The notes under the pieces: model-generated
Seen by the model: the letters and a program-made list of their open reading frames with translations, nothing else
Databases searched by the model: none
What the model was told of the DNA's origin: nothing
Shown here: positions 1 through 6,288 of the stretch, in pieces
How positions within the stretch are numbered: the stretch's first letter is position 1
Layout: each line of letters opens with the position of its first letter
Position numbers and translations under genes: made by a program
Assembly (NCBI GenBank): GCA_044869275.1
Contig: JBIOXB010000058.1
Coordinates: 1 to 16,399 of the forward strand
Direction: 5' to 3'
From: a bacterium
Lineage (GTDB): Bacteria; Zhuqueibacterota; Zhuqueibacteria; Zhuqueibacterales; Zhuqueibacteraceae
DNA: 16,399 nt

Positions 1-147
1 TGCGTGGCACCTCTTGGGGGGGAGAAAAGTTTTCACATTTCCCTGCAAACTCCTTTTTTTGATTCGATCCCTACCTCCTCTTTGTAAGGGCTAGTGCACT
101 GTCACCATAATTTTTGCACCCACTTGACTATGTCATTCAGAAGGAAT

Positions 148-266
148 CAGACTGTGTGAAAACATGGGAATGCCGCACCCTGAGCTTGTCGAAGCGTGCT
201 GAGTTCAAAAAATCCGGCTTCGACAAGCTCAGCCTGCGTTGAAACCAGGTGTTTTCACACAGTCTG
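148..266. mobile_element. MITE (119 bp) with perfect 17-bp terminal inverted repeats and target-site duplication
   Basis: CAGACTGTGTGAAAACA (148-164) / TGTTTTCACACAGTCTG (250-266), flanked by duplicated AAT. Equivalently the duplication is GAATC (144-148 and 266-270) if the element is 149-265. The empty site GGAATCTTG is present at 5992-6000. Confidence 0.9.
180..232. repeat. REP-like doublet CTGAGCTTGTCGAAGC / GCTTCGACAAGCTCAG inside the MITE
   Basis: Perfect 16-bp inverted repeat (180-195 and 217-232) with a 21-nt spacer. From recall, it resembles the widespread CTGAGCTTGTCGAAG intergenic palindrome. Confidence 0.85.
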
Positions 267-358
267 AATCTTGTGCAGCATAATGACAGTGCTTGATTCA
301 ACCAAGATCCCGCAACGGCGGGATGACATTACTGAGAGTATAACAATCAAGGTCACAG

Positions 359-545
359 CGCGGCAGAGCCGCAACCAAAATGGTTCCACACGGATCAAAA
401 AAACCACACGGAAATTTCTATGCTGTCCGCGTGGTTTTTTAATCCGCGTGGAACTAGTATTTACTTTTTTGCAAAGCTTTCACCTGTAGCTGACTACAAC
501 GGAAACTCTGCTAATAAAGCTGAGTTTTGCTGTTTTGTATTACAG
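359..545. mobile_element. Asymmetric non-coding insertion (~187 bp) bounded by direct ACAG
   Basis: ACAG at 355-358 and 542-545. The insert splits the right IR of the host element. It starts with hairpin GCGGC-AGA-GCCGC (360-372) and has no terminal inverted repeats. Confidence 0.6.
381..456. repeat. Long imperfect palindrome with tandem CCACACGGA units
   Basis: TGGTTCCACACGGATCAAAAAAACCACACGGA (381-412) pairs with TCCGCGTGGTTTTTTAATCCGCGTGGAACTA (426-456); 13-nt loop. Confidence 0.85.
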
Positions 546-792
546 AGTACTAGGTTGTTCTCCTCATAAGTCGTTCAAGGTATCATCCCTCCCTGCTATC
601 GGATTCTGCAAGGCAAATCCCAGCATTATCAAATCAATAATCTCCGGTTATCAATCTGATAAATTCCCAGAACAACTTTTGGAAAATCTCTCTTAATCTC
701 TTGTATTTGTGACAGGAAATCCCCATCTTCCGCGTGGCGCAGTTTTTGTGAAGTTTGTGTCATAGAAATGTCTGCCCTGCCTTAAAGCGCAA

Positions 793-806
793 TGTAAGCG
801 ATCACA
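793..806. promoter_or_regulatory. Candidate LacI-family operator TGTAAGCGATCACA
   Basis: One mismatch to the LacI/GalR-type palindrome TGWAANCGNTTWCA, lying 23 nt upstream of the likely GH3 start (830), which is the first gene of the cluster in this window. Confidence 0.45.
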
Positions 807-829
807 GCAACCCTCCTGCGGATGAAGAC

Positions 830-3085
830 ATGAAGACACTGCTTCAGGTTTCTCTTTGGTGCGCCATCTCCCTGACGGTTTCCTCGGCGCACACCGGCGA
901 AAAAAGCAAGAATCAGAAGCTCGACGAGCAGGCGGCGGAACTGCTTGCCAGGATGACGCTCGAAGAAAAAGTCGGGCAAATGACGCAGGTGGCGATCGAC
1001 GTGGTGACCGCCAGCCCGCGCGCGCCTGGAGGCTGGCAAAATTTAGATCGCGACAAATTGCGCACGGCGATTCTCAAATATCACGTGGGCTCAATTCTGA
1101 ACGTCTCGGGCTCGGCGTACGCGCTGGAAAACTGGCATGAGATCATCACCCAGATTCAAGATCTCGCCCGCAAAGAATCCCGCCTGGGTATTCCGGTGAT
1201 TTATGGCATTGACGCGGTTCACGGCGCAAACTACACCACCGGCGCGACGATCTTCCCGCAAAGCCTGAGCATGGCCGCGACCTGGAATCGCGAGCTGATG
1301 AAAAGGAACGCCGAGATCACCGCATACGAAGTGCGGGCCAGCGGCATTCCCTGGAATTTCAATCCGGTATTGGACGTCGGCCGCCAGCCATTGTGGCCGC
1401 GATTGTTCGAAACTTTCGGCGAAGATCCTTACCTCGCTTCCGAAATGGGCATGGCCTATATCAAAGGCCAGGAAGGCGATCGCAATGATGTCAGCCACAA
1501 AGAAAAAGTCGCTTCCTGCCTCAAGCATTATCTCGGTTACAGCTTTCCGCATACCGGCAAAGACCGCACGCCTGCTTACATTCCTGAAAATCTGCTGCGC
1601 GAAAATTTCCTGCCCACTTTCAAGGCGGCGATCGAGGCCGGCGCGCACACGGTGATGATCAACTCCTCTGAGATCAACGGCGTGCCCCTGCATGCCAGCC
1701 ATCATTATCTCACTGAAGTTTTGCGCAACGAGCTGGGGTTTAAAGGTCTGGCCGTATCAGATTGGCAAGACATCATCAATCTCTACACACGCGAGAAAGT
1801 TGCGGACTCTCCGAAGGAGGCCGTGCGACAGGCGGTGATGGCCGGGGTGGATATGAGCATGGTGCCGCTCGATTTCAGTTTTTATGACTATCTGCTGGAA
1901 TTGGCAAAAGAAGGGAGCGTGCCGCTGTCGCGCATTGACGAAGCCGTGAGCCGCATTCTGCGTCTGAAAATGGCGCTCGGCTTGTTTGAAAATCCCTATC
2001 CCGACAAATCATTGCAAGCCCAATTCGGATCACCTGCTTTCAGAAAAGTTGCACTGCAAGCGGCGCAGGAAGCCCTCGTCTTGCTCAAGAACAAGGACAA
2101 TCTCCTGCCCTTAGCCAGGGGGACCAAAATTCTGGTCGCCGGCCCCACCGCGGACAAGCTTTCCGTTCTCAACAGCGGGTGGACGATCACCTGGCAAGGC
2201 AATGACGAGTCTTTATATCCCAAAGATCGTGACAATATTCTCCAGGCCGTGCAGAAAAAATTCGGCAATGATAATGTGACGTTTGTGGCTGGAACCAACT
2301 TCAAAGAAGAGCTCGATATTGCCGCCGCAGTCAAGGCCGCACAGCAGGCGCAGGTTGTGGTTCTTTGTTTGGGAGAAGAGGCCTACTGTGAAACCCCGGG
2401 CAACATTCCTGATTTGACCTTGTCCGCCCTGCAATTGCGGCTGGCGCAGGCGCTGCAGGCAACCGGCAAACCCATGGTTTTGATCCTGGCGCAAGGCCGT
2501 CCGCGCGTCATTCGTGACATTGAAGAGAAGTCCAGCGCGATTCTGGCGGCTTTTTGCCCCGGCATGGAAGGCGGAATGGCGATTGCCGAGGTGCTTGGCG
2601 GTGAGGTCAATCCTTCGGGCAAGCTTCCGATTACTTATCCCAGATATCCGAACGATTTGACTCTTTATGATCACAAAGTCAGCGAAAACGTGGGTGAATT
2701 TCAGGCATATAGGCCGCAGTATCCTTTCGGTTTTGGCTTGAGCTATACCTCTTTCGCGTACAGTGAGCTCGCTCTTGCCAAAACCAAGATCAAAAACGGC
2801 GAGCCCGTGCAAATCGACGTCACGGTGCGGAACACCGGCGCGCGTCCCGGCAAGGAAGTGGTGCAACTTTATTTGTCCGATCTCGTGGCCTCGGTGACGC
2901 CGCACAATAAACGGCTGAAACGATTCGCCAAAGTCGAGCTGCAGCCGGGCGAAAGCCGGAAGATTTCCTTTACTCTGAACGAATCGGACTTCTCGTTCAT
3001 TGGACGCGATAATAAACCCGTGGTCGAACCGGGCGAGTTCAAAGTTACGATTGGTGGATTGGTGCAGAACTTCTGGTTGGAATAG
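830..3085 (+). CDS. bglX: Glycoside hydrolase family 3 beta-glucosidase (BglX-like), N-terminal signal peptide
   Basis: Motifs MTLEEKVGQM, GIDAVHG, ETFGEDP, CLKHY, VSDW (nucleophile Asp), GLFENPY, SGKLPITYP, YPFGFGLSYT and a C-terminal FN3-like EVVQLY region. ATG 830 gives signal peptide MKTLLQVSLWCAISLTVSSA; the ORF-track start at 755 looks over-extended. Confidence 0.93.
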   Translation: MKTLLQVSLWCAISLTVSSAHTGEKSKNQKLDEQAAELLARMTLEEKVGQMTQVAIDVVTASPRAPGGWQNLDRDKLRTAILKYHVGSILNVSGSAYALENWHEIITQIQDLARKESRLGIPVIYGIDAVHGANYTTGATIFPQSLSMAATWNRELMKRNAEITAYEVRASGIPWNFNPVLDVGRQPLWPRLFETFGEDPYLASEMGMAYIKGQEGDRNDVSHKEKVASCLKHYLGYSFPHTGKDRTPAYIPENLLRENFLPTFKAAIEAGAHTVMINSSEINGVPLHASHHYLTEVLRNELGFKGLAVSDWQDIINLYTREKVADSPKEAVRQAVMAGVDMSMVPLDFSFYDYLLELAKEGSVPLSRIDEAVSRILRLKMALGLFENPYPDKSLQAQFGSPAFRKVALQAAQEALVLLKNKDNLLPLARGTKILVAGPTADKLSVLNSGWTITWQGNDESLYPKDRDNILQAVQKKFGNDNVTFVAGTNFKEELDIAAAVKAAQQAQVVVLCLGEEAYCETPGNIPDLTLSALQLRLAQALQATGKPMVLILAQGRPRVIRDIEEKSSAILAAFCPGMEGGMAIAEVLGGEVNPSGKLPITYPRYPNDLTLYDHKVSENVGEFQAYRPQYPFGFGLSYTSFAYSELALAKTKIKNGEPVQIDVTVRNTGARPGKEVVQLYLSDLVASVTPHNKRLKRFAKVELQPGESRKISFTLNESDFSFIGRDNKPVVEPGEFKVTIGGLVQNFWLE

Positions 3086-3086
3086 G

Positions 3087-3231
3087 ATTAGGGATTGAGA
3101 ATTAATTAGTTTTCCCATTTCTCAAACCGCGAATGAACGCTAATAAACGCGAATAGAGAACATATTAGCGTACATTCGCGTTAATTAGCGGTTTCAAAAA
3201 ACGGGCATGTTAGTAAAACGGCGATCCTAAG
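3087..3231. repeat. 145-bp dispersed repeat copy 1 with tandem CGCGAAT/CGCTAAT palindromic core
   Basis: Ungapped match to the reverse complement of 8103-8247 (123/145 by manual count; 75/80 over 3117-3196). The core is AAACCGCGAATGAACGCTAATAAACGCGAAT...ATTAGCGTACATTCGCGTTAATTAGCGGTTT. Confidence 0.9.
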
Positions 3232-3315
3232 GAGGCGATGCGCAAGCTTCACGATATCGTATTGATTTGGTTTGATAATTCCCTCAGCCTTCTCACTCAT
3301 GCGTGGAGGATTGTG

Positions 3316-5916
3316 ATGAAACGCTACTATTCACTTTTCTTGCTGTTGCTTTTCCCGGTTGCAGCATTGGGGCAGGAGGTGTTGGATTCATTCGACACCC
3401 CACGTGATTCGAGTTTTTGGTTTTATGAGCACGTCGGCAGCTCCACTCAAACCTTCACAAATCTAACTTATGGCAGCGAACAGGTCAAGCAAGGCACAGG
3501 CTCGCTCAAAGTCGATTATGCCATTCAAGGGACGGAGAGCTGGGGCGGGTATGCGAATATCATGCATGGCGCTGCGGACACCAGCGTTTTGGATTTTTCG
3601 GCCTATACTCAAATGAAGCTGTGGTATTACAATGCCTCTCCCCAAACCTTGCCGGGCACCACCCATATTCGCATCCTTTTGAAGGACATGAGCAATGTTG
3701 CGGTTGCAAATCGCCTGATGGCGAATATCACCCAGGCTGAGTTTTGGTACTCGCACTTCTTCGTGCTGGATGCGCAGCCAGGATGGAATGAGCTGGTGCT
3801 GCCGTTGCAGGATGTCGGCGCGCAATCCGATCAAGGAGTGTGGCTGCCGGGCTGGGCCGGACAAGCCGGCAATAGCACTCTGGATCTGGATCAGATCAAA
3901 GCGTATAAAATCGAATGGTCGATCGATGCCTCGGTTTACAATCCCGCCAACCCGCAAACTTCCGGAATTTCGGCCGGCACGATCTTTTTCGATTACCTGA
4001 CGCTGGCCGGCCACGCGTTTCCGGTGATCAATTATTTCGACACCGCCGCCACGGCCACCAATGACGTTTATTCCGGAACCGGCACCAGCGCCATCAGCGT
4101 CACGGACAACACGCAAAACGCTTTCGAAACGGCTTCGGCGCAGTACGATTGGAAAGTCGATGCCGATCAATCCTGGGGCGGTTATGCCAGCCTGACCTAC
4201 GGCGACGACAACAGCTTTTTGCCGAACATGGCGAGCCATACGCACATGACTTTGCGCTACAACAATTTCCTGGCGTCCAGCAGGCCCGGCAATATGGTTT
4301 TTCGCATCCAATTGTACGATTACAGCGAGGGTGCCAATTCCCAAGAACAGTGGATCTTCGAGACCCGTGCGGTGCTCGACTCGGCAGCAGGATGGAAAAA
4401 ACTGATCATCCCGCTTGAAGATCGCGGAATGGGCGTGGGACCGAACGCGGAAGGTTTCTCCAACCCGGGCTGGTCCGGCGTACCGGGAAACAGCAAGCTG
4501 GACTGGGACAAGGTAAAGAAATACGAGTTCGCTTTCTCCGCGGCGCAGCAAGGCACGGTGACCACGGGCGGTATCCTGTTTGACAATCTCGAACTCTACG
4601 GCAAGCGCCAGACGGATTTCGAAGCGCCGGCTGCGCCGCAAGGTGTGGCCGCGGTTCCGGATGCCAATCAGAGTTTCAACTTGGTGATTTGGCAGGATGT
4701 GCCGAATGAGCAGGGCGAGAAATACACGGTCTATGCCAGCCAGCAGCCGATTACGGATCTCAGCGCGGCCGGCGTCGAGGTTGTTGCTGAGGGCATTGTG
4801 GAGAACAACCAAACTTATGTGCATTACTTGTACCAGCCCCTGGTGGACAAGGACGTGACCTATTACTACGCCGTGACCGCCACCGACAAAGTCGGCAACA
4901 TCGGCGAAGCGGGCATAATGGCCGCCGGTGTGACCAACAAGGCCAAAGGCCAGACTACTATTTCCTTGAATGTGCCTGCCAGCGTGGTCATCGATGGTGA
5001 CCTCGGCGAATGGTACAGCAGCGGTATTAAGCCCTTTGTTTTCAAACCCTCGACTTCCCACATTGCCTTGGGGGCATACGATAATGACGATGACTTCAAC
5101 GCCACGATTTTTATGGCGATGGACAATGAGTATCTCTACTTCGCCGCGGACGTCATCGACGACGTTCACTCCTTCGATCCCTCGGGCAACTGGTATGAAG
5201 ATGACGCCATGGAAATGTTTTTCGGCCTGTACGACGGCCGGCCCGGCCCGCCGCATCTCGCCCGGCTGCGCGGCGCGAAGCCGGATTATGCGCTGCAATT
5301 CCGCTACGACGGCCTGGTGAATGCCGACAACGGCAATCGCGTGATTTATAATCGGGACTCCACCAATTATTACTTCGAAGGGTTCGGTTCGGATTACATC
5401 ATCGAAACCAAAATCAAACTGAGTGACATTCACTTTGGCGATGATGCCGTGTTTGTGCCGGTCAACGGCACCCGTATTCCGCTTGATTTTTCGATTCACG
5501 ATTCCGATGCCCCCAATGTGCGACAGGGTATTTTGAGCTTGTCGCAGATCAACAACGATAATTCCTGGTCGTCACCACGCAACTGGACCTACACCTGGGT
5601 GGGTGATAAAGAATCGCCCACTGCGGTGGCGGAAGCGCCGAACAACGTTCCGACCGTTTACAGCTTGAGCCAGAATTATCCCAATCCTTTCAATCCAACG
5701 ACCGCCATCATCTACACGCTGCCGAAGGCGAGTCTGGTGCAAGTCGAGCTCTACAATACGCTCGGCCAGCACGTGCGCACGCTGGTGGATGAATTCAAAG
5801 CCGCCGGCAGATACACGCTCGCGGTGCAAGCCGACAAGCTGCCCTCCGGCGTCTATTTCTATCGCCTCAAGGCCGGAGATTTCAGGCAAGTGCGGAAGAT
5901 GCTGTTGATGAAATAA
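3316..5916 (+). CDS. Secreted multi-domain carbohydrate-binding protein: 2x CBM11-like repeats, FN3, CBM9/DOMON-like domain, T9SS type-A C-terminal sorting domain
   Basis: SD GGAGG 3305-3309 precedes ATG 3316 and a signal peptide. Two internal repeats share SWGGYA, VLDxxxGW, PGWxGxxGNSxLD and FDxLxL. An FN3 region contains TYYYAVTATD. IDGDLGEW...NEYLYFAADVIDD...DAMEMFF is CBM9-like. Tail YSLSQNYPNPFNPTT...SGVYFYRL...KMLLMK. Confidence 0.8.
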   Translation: MKRYYSLFLLLLFPVAALGQEVLDSFDTPRDSSFWFYEHVGSSTQTFTNLTYGSEQVKQGTGSLKVDYAIQGTESWGGYANIMHGAADTSVLDFSAYTQMKLWYYNASPQTLPGTTHIRILLKDMSNVAVANRLMANITQAEFWYSHFFVLDAQPGWNELVLPLQDVGAQSDQGVWLPGWAGQAGNSTLDLDQIKAYKIEWSIDASVYNPANPQTSGISAGTIFFDYLTLAGHAFPVINYFDTAATATNDVYSGTGTSAISVTDNTQNAFETASAQYDWKVDADQSWGGYASLTYGDDNSFLPNMASHTHMTLRYNNFLASSRPGNMVFRIQLYDYSEGANSQEQWIFETRAVLDSAAGWKKLIIPLEDRGMGVGPNAEGFSNPGWSGVPGNSKLDWDKVKKYEFAFSAAQQGTVTTGGILFDNLELYGKRQTDFEAPAAPQGVAAVPDANQSFNLVIWQDVPNEQGEKYTVYASQQPITDLSAAGVEVVAEGIVENNQTYVHYLYQPLVDKDVTYYYAVTATDKVGNIGEAGIMAAGVTNKAKGQTTISLNVPASVVIDGDLGEWYSSGIKPFVFKPSTSHIALGAYDNDDDFNATIFMAMDNEYLYFAADVIDDVHSFDPSGNWYEDDAMEMFFGLYDGRPGPPHLARLRGAKPDYALQFRYDGLVNADNGNRVIYNRDSTNYYFEGFGSDYIIETKIKLSDIHFGDDAVFVPVNGTRIPLDFSIHDSDAPNVRQGILSLSQINNDNSWSSPRNWTYTWVGDKESPTAVAEAPNNVPTVYSLSQNYPNPFNPTTAIIYTLPKASLVQVELYNTLGQHVRTLVDEFKAAGRYTLAVQADKLPSGVYFYRLKAGDFRQVRKMLLMK

Positions 5917-5937
5917 GGCCATTTGGCCTGATTGGAA

Positions 5938-6094
5938 AACGAGTGCGCTGTCTCCCTAATTCTTATGCCTAGCTTATGATGTCATTCAGCAGGAATCTTG
6001 TGCAGCATGAGCACAGTGCTTGATTCAACCAAGATCCCGCAACGGCGGGATGACATGCTTGGGGTCTGGCAATTAAGGTTACAGTGCACTCGTT
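5938..6094. mobile_element. Uninterrupted copy B of the host palindromic element
   Basis: Outer IR AACGAGTGCGCTGTCTCCCTAATT (5938-5961) / AATTAAGGTTACAGTGCACTCGTT (6071-6094), 20/24 match. Encloses the ATGTCAT...ATGACAT core at 5979-6056. Confidence 0.85.
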
Positions 6095-6109
6095 GTTGAT
6101 AACCGAACC

Positions 6110-6153
6110 CAGCAAGCAGTGGCCGGTATTCAGATCCTGGACACTGCTTGCTG
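6110..6153. repeat. Stem-loop with perfect 12-bp stem
   Basis: CAGCAAGCAGTG (6110-6121) / CACTGCTTGCTG (6142-6153); no U-tract follows. Confidence 0.6.
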
Positions 6154-6288
6154 CTCATTCCCGTTCAGCACATTAGACGGCTTTGTGTTTCATAGCCTTC
6201 GGGGCAAGTTTGCGGCAGGCATTGCAATAGCGCAATGACGATGAACTGACATCTGATCACTGCTACCCGACTGAGGCATGATTGCGAA

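Larger units (their letters stand above)
130..329. repeat. REP/REPIN-like ATGTCAT...ATGACAT core, interrupted by a MITE
   Basis: 130-148 joined to 271-329 gives 78 nt, of which 74 are identical to 5979-6056. Terminal IR ATGTCAT/ATGACAT; internal hairpin ATCCCGC-AACG-GCGGGAT (307-324). Confidence 0.85.
91..553. mobile_element. Composite non-autonomous palindromic element (copy A): ~154-bp host element interrupted by two insertions
   Basis: Left end CTAGTGCACTGTCACCATAATT (91-112). The right end reconstitutes as AATCAAGGTCACAG (345-358) + AGTACTAG (546-553), a 17/22 inverted match by eye. Removing the two inserts gives a sequence collinear with 5940-6092. Confidence 0.75.

Noticed and set aside
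72..79. AGGAGGTA SD-like sequence on the minus strand
   Set aside because: No start codon at suitable spacing and no supportable ORF within the window.
271..489. 72-aa ORF on + strand
   Set aside because: Lies wholly within the nested palindromic repeats; TTG start, no RBS, no recognisable protein features.
735..749. Sigma-54-like TGGCGCAGTTTTTGT
   Set aside because: Spacing fits, but the -12 dinucleotide is GT rather than GC; too weak to call.
755..829. N-terminal extensions in the ORF track (starts 755, 3238, 8260, 10743)
   Set aside because: Downstream ATGs (830, 3316, 8296, 10806) place signal peptides at the N-terminus, and most have a better RBS.
3124..3194. Possible CRISPR array or iterons in the short tandem units
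   Set aside because: Units are ~10 nt with no unique spacers, arranged as one palindrome; no cas or rep genes in the window.
3463..5499. 678-aa antisense ORF, plus other long antisense ORFs (2213-3118, 6451-7416, 9232-10563, 15173-16102)
   Set aside because: Shadow ORFs opposite well-supported genes, explained by codon bias; no domain motifs.
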